A stretch of DNA of 54,585 nucleotides from assembly GCA_000388065.2 (NCBI GenBank), contig KB932209.1; one strand, given 5' to 3'. A model generated the notes under the pieces. It worked only from the letters and a program-made list of their open reading frames with translations. It did no database searches and had not been told where the DNA came from. Numbering within the stretch: the stretch's first letter is position 1; the number at the start of each line of letters is the position of its first letter. A program made the translations under genes and the position numbers. Below, piece after piece: positions 32,883 through 45,000 of this stretch. Source of the stretch: Fonticula alba ATCC 38817 (Eukaryota > Protista > Nucleariida).

Positions 32883-35499
32883 GTGTGCATCCACGGGAAG
32901 GGAATGAGGATGGGGTCGAAGGTAAGGAATCAGGGAGGAGCAGAAGAAAGCGGAATACTCAGGGTGCCCGCCCACATCTGCCCCAAGAGCAAGAAACGAC
33001 AAACGGCGCACGTTTCCACCAACGCCAGGACACAGGGCCCGGTGTCATAGCCGACCGGGCGCCGAAGGACCACCGATGCTCGGGTACTGGTCAATGCATC
33101 GCGAAAGTACAGCGGCACCAGAGACCCGGACACCGAGGAGGTGGATGAGACAATCGAACGCCAAAGGCCAGACCCATCCGGGGCCGGCGCATTGTGATAC
33201 AGCAGCGGATGGTCACCAAGCAGGGGGACATCCTCATCGCGGCTGGTGTACGTGAGAGACCCCGGGGCGCTGGCCGAGGAGCAAACCCCGGCCTGGGCAT
33301 GCCCCGTGGTGTCAAGGGACAATGCCCCCCCGGCTGAGGGGGTGTGATGATGGCGCGGGATGACCACCATGTCCTCGGCCGGCTCGAGCAGACTGAAATC
33401 CTCCTCGTCGAGGGTCATCTCCACAAAGTCCGCAAGGTCATCCTCCTCCTCCTCTTCCCCCTCCTCTTCGTCGCCAGCACGGCCGTAGGGGGCCGCCGCC
33501 GCCGCGGCCGCCGCCGCACGCGACCGAGCGTCGCCGGCCAATTTGGCCCCCGGCCGAGGAGCACCCGCCTCTTGCTTCTTCTTGGGCCCCTGACCATCCA
33601 TCCCCGGAGGCGGATGGGCATCGGGCGCAGGGGGGGTGGCCGCGCGGCCGGACACCCGGCCGGCATCGGAGTGGGGTTCCGCACGCCCAGCCCTGGCCGC
33701 CTGGCCGGCGCCCACGGAGCCGGTGAACTCCGACAGCGGCGGCAGGCGCCAGATATGCACACTGGCACTGTCAGCCGAAGCGGCCGCCAGCCAGCGAAGC
33801 GCCCGTGCCGGGTGTCCAGCCGCCGGCGCCGTACCAAAGGCCAGAGAGCACAGCCGCGCCGGGCGACTTCCTCGGCGGAGTTGCGCCACCAGCCGCGGAC
33901 GCAATGACCGAAGGTCCACGCCCGACTGGGCAGAAGCCCCGGCGCCGGGGTCGAGCCTGGCCCCGGAGTGGGGTGGCCGTGCCAGATACGAAGCGGGCGG
34001 CAGGTCGAACACCCGGATGAGGGTGCCCTTCTCGGAGGCGGTGGCCATACGTCGGCCGCAGGGGCTGATGGCCACAACCCGCGTTGGGGTATTCCGATGT
34101 GGCCGCAGGGTATACGGCACGGCCATGATGCTGGACTGCAGGCTGAGGGCGGCCGCGGTGGTGGCGGCGGCGGCGGCGGCGGCATTTTGGGCCGGCGATG
34201 TCGAAGGGATGGGAGAGGTGGCGCGGCTGTTGCGCGGCCGGTCGCCCGGCGGGGGGCTGCTCATGAGCCGCGGCCCGCCGAGAGCCGCTGCCACTGTTGT
34301 ATCCACAAAGCAGAGGGCCACATAGAGCGGTGCACAGGGGTACACCAGTCGGGGATACCGGCCTCCACGGGAGGCCAACGCCACAGGAGCTGCGCATGTG
34401 CAGGATGCATGCGAGTGCGTGCGCGGCACATGGTTCACATGCGCAGGTGCATTGGATGTCCATGCTAAGCGGTCAGAAGTGTGCATATGTGTAGAGGATG
34501 CACCAAAAGAAAAGGTATGGGGGGGGGGAGGGGAGGGGGAGAGAGGAGAAAGAGAGAGAGAGAAGGAGGGAGGACAGCAAGGTGACAGCAGGGGCACGAA
34601 GAGAAGACGCCAAGGTGGCATAGCATACCGCCATCCGACACTGGGGTCATGGCCGTCACGACGAAGCAATTCTGCCGGAGATCGAAAACATGGACGCCAT
34701 CCTCGACGGTGATGGCCAGCAGAGGGGGCGTCGCTTCGGCCGGGTCCAGGCCCGATTGGTCGGGCGAGGAGAAGACCAGCGACCGAACGGTGGAATTCAT
34801 GGGAATATCCGCGAGCGGGGGGGAATTGGGCCTCTGGGGGGGGGGGGGGGGGTGGGGGGGGGGATGTCAGTGGAGGTGGGAAATCCCACGCCAAGGAGCC
34901 AGCCAGGAAAGTCCGCGCGCACACTCAAGTCCAAGATGAGCACGCGTCGGGGGGAGGAGGTGTAGCTGAAGGAGGCCACAGAGCAGGCTGGCAGGCCACT
35001 TTGCTCGGCTACATCTGTGGCGGCGTCGGGGTCGGCGGCGCCGGCCACCGCAACCACAGGTGACCCGGACCCGCGCATGGCCGCGACAGCCACCCCGCCG
35101 ATGACGCCTGCATGTGTATGTGTATGTGTGTGTGTGTGTGCGTGTGTGTGTATGTGCACGCGTTTGGACCGGGGGAAGGGGGCTGTTGTGAGCGGGACAC
35201 AGAAGGGGCAATGTTGGATCGAAGCACACGGAAAAAAAAAGGGCGCATGTGCCAAGGCGAGGCGGGCTCGGCCACATGAACGCACGAACGAAGGACAGGG
35301 GACGGAGTGGGTGTGATTGATATACTGCCAGACCCTTGGAAAAGCCGACCACAAGGCATCTTTTGTGCAGGCAGCAAATGGCACCCGGCGGTCTTATGGT
35401 GAGTGTGGACAGGGGGAGGCCGGAGGCCAGGGCCGGAAACAGAATGGAATGTGAAGCTGCCCAAGGGCACACGCACTGAGTGTCATCGCTAAAGGACAT
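32374..35499 (-). CDS. PROPPIN, WIPI3/WIPI4 (WDR45B/WDR45, yeast Hsv2)-like WD40 phosphoinositide-binding protein, ~767 aa; tentative exons 35499..35477, 35359..35286, 35107..34923, 34833..34629, 34464..33012, 32737..32374
   Basis: Spliced N-terminus MSFSDDTQ|CLVVGFSKGLAVYQSHPL resembles the PROPPIN blade-1 FNQDxxC...G...GFRVY..DPL. Also SSPRRVLILDL, H...VAISPCGRRMATASEKGTLIRVF, QLRRGS (LRRG lipid-binding motif typical of WIPI3/4), SADSASVHIW and LVPLYF. All five junction phases are consistent. The start may extend to the in-frame ATG at 35601; the last exon is least certain. Confidence 0.85.
32789..32887 (+). repeat. (TG)n/(TGCG)n microsatellite in the last predicted PROPPIN intron
   Basis: Directly visible. 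Confidence 0.95.
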
Positions 35500-35916
35500 G
35501 GCCAGCGGGAAGCCCTGGCTCAAGACACCAGGAGGACGACCAACGCCGAGGACGGCCCTCCCCGGCTCGGCCTGGGGATGCCGGGCGGGCAGCGTGCTCA
35601 TGATTGAGGCAGACGGGAATTAACAGGCGCAGAGGGGGAAAACAGGGGGGGGGGGGGGAGGAGAAAAGGGGCCGGAGAAGGGTGGGGCCCGTGACCGGGC
35701 GATCAGAAATTAGCCCGCCCTTGAATCTGCTTTTACCCCCGGGGTGATGCCCTCGGGGAAGCGGGGGGCGGGGGGGTGGTGTAGACGTCCGGGGAGAATG
35801 TGCAACGATCGAGCCCCTGCAAGAAAAGGGCTGAGGATCGCGCCCGGGGAGGATGGAATCTCGATCACCACTCCCCGGGACGTTAGGTGGCGGGTGGGAT
35901 GCGGGGGGGGGGGGTG

Positions 35917-35963
35917 NNNNNNNNNNNNNNNNNNNNNNNNNNNNNNNNNNNNNNNNNNNNNNN
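35917..35963. other. Assembly gap (47 N)
   Basis: Run of n between G and C tracts. Confidence 0.99.
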
Positions 35964-36357
35964 CCCCCCGGCCCCCCCCCGGGCAGCCTATTTGGTCCGA
36001 GAGTCCTCCACGGCACTTGGGGGATGATTTTCCAGACGAAACTGTGGATCACGCGCCGGCCAGAGGGAATCACCATATGGGCAAAAATTACGCGGGGATT
36101 TACGCGGTAGATGCCGTGTTTTGATTCGATCAAAAAGGACAAGGCAAAAAGCAGGCAACCTTGAGAGGGGGCATGTTCTGATCGGTCTGTGTGTGGTCTA
36201 TTTGGTCCGGGCGGGGGAACGTCTCGCTCGGAGTGTGCGAGACGTGGGAGGCCGCGCCCACCCGACTGCGCTTGCTATCCTCCTCTGGCCTGTGGCCTTC
36301 GCGCGCTGCTCTTTTCCCCCCGCCTTGTTTCGGAGCCGTACAGGGGCCTGCGCCAGT

Positions 36358-39300
36358 TCACAAGGGCAGAGGGTGGGCCGCGCAAAGGGCCGCTATCCGC
36401 CGGGTGCGATGGAAAATGTCGTCCAATCGTTCGCGGCCTGCGGTCTGCACCGGGGCCGGGGGCGACGGCGGCGGGCCCGGCGGCGGAGGCGGCGAGGAGG
36501 CCGATGCCCGACGGCCCAAACTGGCGGCATGCTGCCCCGGCAAGACAAGTCCACAGTCAATGCATAGAGACGTGCCGGCCGGATGGGGGACGGCAGCTGC
36601 AGCATGGAGTGCCTGTGCGGTGGCGACCGCCCGCTGGCGCCAGTGGTGCGGCGAGTGGCATATGCAATAGCCAATCCCGGCGATGGACTGGAGAAAGGCA
36701 CTGCCCACCGGGTGCATGAGATTGGCATGGATCTGTTCGGTGGCCGATGGAGGGCAGTAGGACGAATCGAAGGCCAGGCCGCCGGGAACCGGGGGCGGCG
36801 TGCCAGGCCCATGGGTGTGCATGTGGTGATACGAGAGGTGGTGGTGATGGTGGTGATGCATGTGGTACGCGGCCGAGCCATATCGGCCGACTGAGGCCAA
36901 GGACGAATTGCCGGCTCCCGGATGCGCGGTTGCCCCGACCAGGGCCGAATAAAACCGAATGAATCCGGCGGTGGTGGACGAGAGGTCTGCATCGCGCAGC
37001 GGCCGGAGCAGCTCACCCCGATGGGGAAGCACTCGCCGCAGGGCGGCTAGCATGTGATCGGCCGTGGTGTAGGGCGACCCTTGGAGGAAGGCCAGGGTGC
37101 TGGTTGTTGCCGGGGCCCGGTCGGAAGGAAGGAGGGAAGGAGGGAAGAGGAGCACATGTCAGTGGGGAGCTGCGGTGGTGCATCCGCACGTCCGGGCAAC
37201 CGCCTGGCCGGCGTGGATTTTGACGCCGGCCTGGGCATCGGGTGCCTCAAGCCTGGCCGGCTTGATCGTGCACATGCGTACCGGGCCACGGCGATGGCCG
37301 CCTCCACGGCATCCGGACCCGGAGCGAAGCGCCACATGGCATCATCGCGTAGGGCCGCCACAATGCCTCGCGCGAAGGAGAGGAGCTTCTCATCGACCGG
37401 TGTACAATGGACACCCCAAGAAAGACGCACGAGATCCTGCAGACACAGACACACATACACACATACACACAGACACACACACACGCACGCCATAAGATGG
37501 GGAGAAAACAGGCGGTCAGAAGGCACGCCATGCACTTGACGACGAGGGGCCGTGCGCGAGGATGCATGTGCAGATGGGGGTGCCGCGCGTGGGAGGCCGA
37601 TGACGCACCCGACATGAGAGGGCCGGCCTGCCGTCCGAGGGTGGGGGCCGGGATGCCCGGCCGGGCGAGAGTGCCGCCGCCGCCGCCGGGTGCAGGCTCC
37701 CGGACTGGGTCATAAGGTGCTCACTGATCAGTGGGAAATGGTACTGCCAGCCGGGCGACCCGGGAGGGGGGTTGTAATTGGGCCAGGTCAGCCAACGGGA
37801 GCGGCGAGTGGCCCCAAGCGGTTGGGGGAGCAGGTCACGCGCACCAATTGACCCGGGGGCCGAGTCGGGTCGGGGGGAGTCTGCCGGGCAGCCCCGGGCC
37901 CCGAGTGGCCAAGCGAGGGGAAGACCGGTAAAAAGGATGGCTGTAAGTCAAGCCAGCGGGTGGGACAGGCAGCCGGACGGCGTCCCCCGCCGGTGGAAGC
38001 AAAGTATTCGGCCATTTCGCTCATCGGCGCCGGGGCCAAGGCCGAGCACTCCCGGCGCCGGTCATATCGCCGAGGGAGGGCCACGGCCCCGGCGCCGCCG
38101 AAGCCCGAGTCATCATCCCACCAGTCCCCGGGGGTGGTGGCCGGGGAGTCGGGCGGAGAGGCCGGCTGCTCCGGGCCACTGGTGCAGCTACCAGCACTGC
38201 CAAGCCGCGACCCGGACCCCTCGTCCTCCTGAGGGGCGAGGTCCTCCTCGGCCGTCAGCGGGAGGGGGTCCACCAGCACAAAGAGGGTGAAGACATTTTC
38301 CGGCCCCGAGAGCGGGGCCCGGCAGGCGGGCTGGCACCGAGGGCAGGGATCTGCCGCGCGAGGGGCCACCAATGGCCGCAGGGCGGCCAGGATATCCTGC
38401 TGCAGAGCCGCCGGCAGGTCGGCCGCGCGCTCGACAAGGACCACCCGCACCGGGGGCGCGCACCGGCCATCAGCACATCGGCCAGGCACATGGCAGCCGC
38501 AGCCGGCCCGAAGGAAAAGCGGCACGCCCCGGGTGTCAAGCCCGCGTGCCGGGACCGGCATGCGCGTGGCCAAGTCCAGCATGATGGGTAGGACGCGCTC
38601 GCAGTCGGGATGGGCCTTGGGCGGCACGGGCGGCGGGGCATTCAGCGCGAAGCCTGTGGCATTGCTGGAGGTCAGGGGCAGGGTGGCCGCGGCGGCGGAG
38701 GATTGCTCCGCGGCCAGGGCCGCCGCTCGGTCGGTATCCAAGCGGAAGATCGGGCGCCCAGCCGGCCCGGGGGTCAGTCCCAGGCGCAGTGCCAGCACCT
38801 CCGGGTCGAAGGCCTCCGAGAAGCCCTTGGCCCCGTCGCACGCCAGCAGCCGGGCCAAGGTGGACGAGCTCTGGACGATGTCCTCGGTGGGCCACGCGGT
38901 CCGTGGCTCCAAAGCGGGCGCCTGCGCCTCATTGGGTGCCATGCAGTGGTCCAGGGTCGGAGACAGGCGCGCAAAGGAGAAGCCCAGTGTCTCGGTGGCC
39001 ACCTGCCATCGTGAGGAAGTCGGCGTCAGAGGGGAGGGGGGAGGGGGGCCCGGAGTAGAGTCAGCCCCAAGGCAAGCGATCCGAAGGGAAGGGGGCAAGA
39101 AGGGCCCGAAAAAAAAAAGAAGAAGACCCAACTGAGCCGGCCTGCCATACCTGCTGGACGAGCTGGGCAAAGGAGCCGGCGTTGGCCGCTGGGATGTGGT
39201 AGAGAAGTGCTGCCGCGCCGGTCGCGGCCAGTGACGCTGGCAGAGTGCGGTTGACGTCCGACCCGCCGGTCGATCCGCCAACCCAGCGGCCGCCATTCTC

Positions 39301-39459
39301 CGCGAGGCAGCACGCCGGGGGGAGAGTGGTCTGGCCGATGCCTCCGCAGAGGAGACCAATGAGCAGATCGAGCGCGATTGCGGCGGTCAGCGGCTCGTCG
39401 GTCGACGCGGCCAGGCGCCCGACGTCCGGCCGAAGGGCGCCGAGGCCATCAAGCCACAT
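36358..39459 (-). CDS. Multi-exon hypothetical protein, 5' end unresolved; tentative exons (>=39459)..39151, 39002..37845, 37436..37190, 37079..36358
   Basis: Phase-compatible junctions cag|gtatgg..cag|gtg, ttg|gtgcgc..cag|gat and c|gtgcgg..aag|gg join protein-like segments (PEVLALRLGL, VRVVLVERAADLP, ENVFTLFVLVDPL, DEKLLSFARGIVAAL, DHMLAALRRVLP). No family recognised. Extra small exons or upstream exons at 39.5-40.9 kb are possible. Confidence 0.55.
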
Positions 39460-40250
39460 GTGTGCGCGTGCGCTGAAGTGGGTTTGTGCCTGGGCGGATG
39501 CGAAGCCAAGGGATGGAGCCGGGGGTCGGGGCAGGGGTGCTGGCGATCGCGGGTGGGAGCGAGCGGGAGGCGCGAGAGGGGACAGGAGGAAATGGCAATT
39601 CTTGCCCAGATCGCAAGGAGGGCTGCTGCGGAAAAAGCGTCCCCAGCACCGGTCTGCCCGCCGCCCCCGCCGCCGCCGCCCCCCCCCCCCCCCCTGCCGG
39701 CCAGTCGCGGGAACGAGGGCGGAATGCATGCATGAGATGCCGACGATCGGGGCGCCCCATCGGTAGCATGATCACGCGGACCGAGCATCGGGGCCTGTGG
39801 CGCGCGTGAAAACTCCGCTATTAGGTCACCGGGGCCGGCCGGGGGGGTTTCTTGAGTGGGGGGGGGGGGGGGGGGGGGGGCGCCCGGGTGCCCCACCCCC
39901 GGGGGGGGAGCCGGGGGGGGGAGGGGCCCCTTTGTGGGGGGGGGGGGCCGGGGGCCGGGGGCCGGGGGCCACTTGCCAGGGCACCGGGCGCGGGCGGACA
40001 TCATCAGTGCGTGTGTACCGGGGAGAGAGAAAAGGAAAGAGGTCGCGAACGGGCAGCTGTGTGCTTGTGCCTGGCTGAGCATCGGCCGGCCTTCGAAAGG
40101 GGCAAGTTGCATGCGCCTGCAGGGCCAGTTGCCTGATGTGTTCGGTTTCCCCGTGGGTTTGGAGGTGTGTGTGAGCTGTGTCGGGGAGCAACTGCACGCC
40201 CACATGCGTACATGTGTGTTGTGTGGTCGTGTGTGTGGGGGAGGGGGGGG

Positions 40251-40410
40251 NNNNNNNNNNNNNNNNNNNNNNNNNNNNNNNNNNNNNNNNNNNNNNNNNN
40301 NNNNNNNNNNNNNNNNNNNNNNNNNNNNNNNNNNNNNNNNNNNNNNNNNNNNNNNNNNNNNNNNNNNNNNNNNNNNNNNNNNNNNNNNNNNNNNNNNNNN
40401 NNNNNNNNNN
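40251..40410. other. Assembly gap (160 N)
   Basis: Run of n between poly-G and (TG)n. Confidence 0.99.
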
Positions 40411-41592
40411 TGTGTGTGTGTGTGTGTGTGTGTGACACATATGGCTCTCCGCCGGTTCGAGGCGTGTGCATGTTTTTGCGGGCATGGGGGGTGGTGCAGG
40501 CATGCGCCGGGCCCGAGCGGCGTGCATAAGAAGTGGCAGTCGGGGGACACCGGCCCCTCCTCAGGGCGCCGCAGCTGGACCGCGTCGCCGCCGGCGGTGG
40601 CGTGCTCTGTGTCGCGGCTGGTCCGGCCGCCAGGGTCTCGCGCACGGCATCCCTGCCCAGCTTGCCAGGTGTGTGTGTGGGAAGGAGCAGGTGCCGCCGC
40701 CGCCGTCGGCCGGGCCGCCGGGCCCACTCTGGCCCGCCTGCCCCCATCGAGGCTCGCCTGGCTTTTGTCGAGTGAACCGGGGGCGGGAGAGGAGGGGGTT
40801 CTGACAGTGGTTTGCATCCGAGCCGCGGCTCTGCGCTCCGGGACACGCTCCGGCCGGAGAGCCCACGAGCCCGGGGCAGGGGGCGTCTTTCCGGGCAGGG
40901 GGCGGGGGGCGGCGGCCAATGGGGGCTTCCTCGGCTCGGGCAGGGCTAATTCTGTGGGCCCGCGCGCACGCGCGCACACATGCGCACAGGACAGAGCGAG
41001 CACTGCCAGCCCCGGCGGGGTGGGGAGGCGGGGGGGGGGGGGGGGGGGGGGGGGGGCTCCCTGCTAGCCGGGGGCGGCTCCACCATCTGTCCGGCGGGTG
41101 ATGGGCCGGTTGGTTCTCTGGGTCAGATCGGTCGACGTATTATCTCCCCCGCCTGTTCTTTCAAGGGGGCCGCCGTCGGCCGCCATGGTGCTCGTGTGCA
41201 TGTGTGCGTGTGCGTGTGCGTGTGCGTGTGCGGGTGGGCCGCCATCCCGATGCTCGCGCGAGCCCGGGTGAAAGCGCACATCCGCCCCATCCCGTATGCC
41301 GCCCTGCCCGCGCCCGGGCGCCTTCCGCCGAGGCCCCAGCCCCCTCGAAGGGCCACCCCGCCGGCCTGGTCTGGCCCTGTCCGCTCGGACACCCCCCCCC
41401 CTCCCGCATTTCGGCATCTGGCTGAGGCCCTCCTCTCCTCCTCTCCTCCCCCCCCCCCTCCTCCTTCCCCCTGCCTCTGCCCTCGCTCTGCCCTCCGGCT
41501 TATCCCCTCTCCCGCGCACCATCTCCATATCTCGCGACCTGCCTGTGTCTTCATATCGCCCCCCCCCCCCCCCCCCCCCGTGCCCCGGCCTC

Positions 41593-42043
41593 NNNNNNNN
41601 NNNNNNNNNNNNNNNNNNNNNNNNNNNNNNNNNNNNNNNNNNNNNNNNNNNNNNNNNNNNNNNNNNNNNNNNNNNNNNNNNNNNNNNNNNNNNNNNNNNN
41701 NNNNNNNNNNNNNNNNNNNNNNNNNNNNNNNNNNNNNNNNNNNNNNNNNNNNNNNNNNNNNNNNNNNNNNNNNNNNNNNNNNNNNNNNNNNNNNNNNNNN
41801 NNNNNNNNNNNNNNNNNNNNNNNNNNNNNNNNNNNNNNNNNNNNNNNNNNNNNNNNNNNNNNNNNNNNNNNNNNNNNNNNNNNNNNNNNNNNNNNNNNNN
41901 NNNNNNNNNNNNNNNNNNNNNNNNNNNNNNNNNNNNNNNNNNNNNNNNNNNNNNNNNNNNNNNNNNNNNNNNNNNNNNNNNNNNNNNNNNNNNNNNNNNN
42001 NNNNNNNNNNNNNNNNNNNNNNNNNNNNNNNNNNNNNNNNNNN
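41593..42043. other. Assembly gap (451 N); may hide the true start of the PI4K gene
   Basis: Run of n. Confidence 0.99.
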
Positions 42044-42045
42044 CG

Positions 42046-45000
42046 ATGCACGAGGGGTCCGATTACATCGAGTATACGGAAAACACCCCGCTCGTGTCGG
42101 CTCCCAAGTCCGGTGGTGCCGTCCCGCGTGGATCTACCCGCCGCGGAGCAACTCCCTCGGCCGAGCGCCTGGATGAGCAGCGGGCGCCCGCCCGTTCGAC
42201 GCGCCTGCGCGAGCCGAAGTGCAACTGGACGCCGGCTGCCGACAGCGCCGACGCCGACACCGACGCCGATGCCCCCCCGAGCCAGCATCACCACCACCAT
42301 GAGTGCCCCCGGCACTCGGCCGCCGCGCAGGCCCGCGGTGGCATCATGTACGAGAAGGAGTGGGAGTATGAGGAACGTGTGCTCTTCCGATCTGACGCGC
42401 CTGCGCGAGCCGAAGTGCAACTGGACGCCGGCTGCCGACAGCGCCGACGCCGACACCGACGCCGATGCCCCCCCGAGCCAGCATCACCACCACCATGAGT
42501 GCCCCCGGCACTCGGCCGCCGCGCAGGCCCGCGGTGGCATCATGTACGAGAAGGAGTGGGAGTATGAGGACGCCCCATTCGACGGCCGGGCCCTGGCTGG
42601 CGAGACTCAGATCCCCAAAGACCAGCTCCCTCCCCTGGTACGCGCTTGACCTCGTGTGCATGGGCGCGCGGGAGCACACCGCTCTTCTTCTCTGCCATTG
42701 GCCGAGTGCTGATGAGCCCCTCCTCCCCTTGGCGCGCGCACCCTCTTTCTCTCTCTCCCTCCCTCCCTCCCTCCCTTCCTCCCTCTCCGTCTGGCCTCCT
42801 TACTCTCTGCCCCGTCCTGTGTCGCCCAGATCGGAAGAGCGTCGTGTAGGGTCGTGTGCATGGGCGCGCGGGAGCACACCGCTCTTCTTCTCTGCCATTG
42901 GCCGAGTGCTGATGAGCCCCTCCTCCCCTTGGCGCGCGCACCCTCTTTCTCTCTCTCCCTCCCTCCCTCCCTCCCTTCCTCCCTCTCCGTCTGGCCTCCT
43001 TACTCTCTGCCCCGTCCTGTGTCGCCCGTGCTTGCAGAAGCTCAACCCCGATCGGCCCCTGTCGGACGAGGAGTTTGACATGGTCGTGTCGGAGATCCGA
43101 TATGCCATTGCACGTGGCGTCTACCCGGAGCGCATTGTCCAGGGCTCCTCTGGGTCCTACTTCTGCCGGGACCGCTTCGGCAATGTGATCGCCGTCTTCA
43201 AGCCCCGCGACGAGGAGCCCTACGGCGCGCAGAATCCCAAGTGGGCCAAGTGGCTCCAGCGCAAGGTCCTCCCCTGCTGTTTTGGGCGGAGCTGGTACGT
43301 GGCGCCCCTTCCCCCTCCCCCCCCCTATTCATCTGCCTGTCCGGGGATTTGCCATGGGGCTGACCTCCTCTCTGCTTGCGTCGCTCCCGCTCCCCTCCCC
43401 GCCCCCCCCCCCCTCCCCCGACCGCTGTACGCACTTGTCCCGATGTGCCCATCGAAAGCCTCATTCCGAATGTCGGCTACATTTCCGAGGCCGCGGCTTC
43501 GGCCGTCGACCGGCACCTGGGTCTGGGCATTGTGCCCCGGACGCGAGTGGTCCGCCTGGCCTCGCCGACCTTCCATTACAGTGCCTACACGCGGGCTGTG
43601 GCGTCGGCCGCGGCGTCGGCATCGGCCGCGGCATCGGCTGCCACGGGCAATACCCCGCCCGATGCGGCTGGCCGGCCGCATGCCAGCACCGGTGCCGGGC
43701 GCCTGCCCCGGAAGATCGGCTCGCTGCAGGTGTTCATGCCGGGCTTTGCTGATGCGCAGTTTGTCCTGGGCAAGCTGCCCAATCCCCATGGCGCGGATGA
43801 CAATATGACGCTGGTTCCGGCGCCCGTGCCGAGCGGCGCCTCCGGGCCGGTGACCACGTCGGCCCCGGAGGGGCTTGCCGCCGGTGCCAATGGCGCCGGC
43901 TCATCCGGCACCGGGACCTCCACCGAGAGCACCTGCTCCCCGAGCTGCCCGGTCCATGGGTCTTGCCTGTCGGAGGAGCCCTGCACCGGGATCTCCCTGC
44001 GGGCGGTTCGTCTGCAGTTCCAGCTGCTCTTCGAGCGTCTGGTCATTCTGGACTACCTGATTCGAAACACCGGTGCGTGGCTCTCCCCTTTCGGCGCCTG
44101 GCCAATGGTCTTCCCTCCCCCCCCCCACCCGGCCCCCCGCCCTCGCCCATCTGTCTGCCATGCTGTGCGGTGCCCTGGCATGCTGGTCTGACGCTCCCCG
44201 GCCCCCGTGTGAACGCGCTTGCCCTCTGGCGCGTGCCTCAGATCGTGGCAATGACAACTGGCTCATCCGCTACAAGCCGCAGGAGATCAAGCTTGACCAG
44301 TGCCCATACAAGAAGAAGTATTGCCCCTCGATGGCCATCATCAGCGAGCCCTGGATGCAGTCGATGTCCTCTCTGGAGAACCTGCCGGCAAAGCAATCCA
44401 CCGAGGCCATCCGGCTGTCGATCAATGTACGTGCGCTTGCTTGGGCCGTGTGTGTGTGTGTGTTTGTCGGCTCCTCCTCGTCCGGCTGTGCATTCTGCCT
44501 GTGTCTTTCCCGTGTCTCTTTCATTCGCGCCGAGCGGCACGCGCATGCACTCGCGCTCGCGCTCGCGCTCCCCCACGCTCACACACCCTCCTCACGCACA
44601 CTTGCACGCACACCCCTACCTCCAGGATCCCGAGAACCCCAATGACCACTGGGAGCCGGTGGACGCGCCGCCAGGGGTCTCGCCCGAAACCATCACCGAT
44701 ACCCAGGCCTTCCGGACGGTTATCGAGCATGTGAACCGGATTTCGGCCCCCGTGGAAACGGCCCCAGGGATGGTGCAGCAGCCGGTCATCGGGTCCCGGC
44801 CGCCGGTGGCCCCACTATCGACTCTGGGGTCGCTCTCCAGCTCGGCACGCTTCCGCCTCGGCCGCTCGGCCCTGCAGACGCCCTACCTGTCGATTGCGGC
44901 CATTGACAATGGCCTGGCCTTCCCCTGGACGCACCCGGAGAACTGGCGCACCTACCCCTTCGGCTGGACCTCCACGCCCCATGCGCATGTGCCCTTCTCC

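Noticed and set aside
39325-39365. LIGLLCGGIGQTTL resembling an NB-ARC P-loop (GMGGIGKTTL)
   Set aside because: It lacks both the first Gly and the essential Lys of GxxxxGK[ST], and no Walker B or other STAND motifs follow.
39620-39660. TGAGDAFSAA resembling the PfkB sugar-kinase signature
   Set aside because: It abuts a poly-G/GGC run, lacks the preceding D-T residues, and no other PfkB motifs are nearby.
42198-43027. Apparent tandem duplications or a pseudogenising frameshift in PI4K2
   Set aside because: The spacers are exact Illumina adapter sequences, so these are assembly artefacts rather than biological repeats, CRISPR-like units or a pseudogene.
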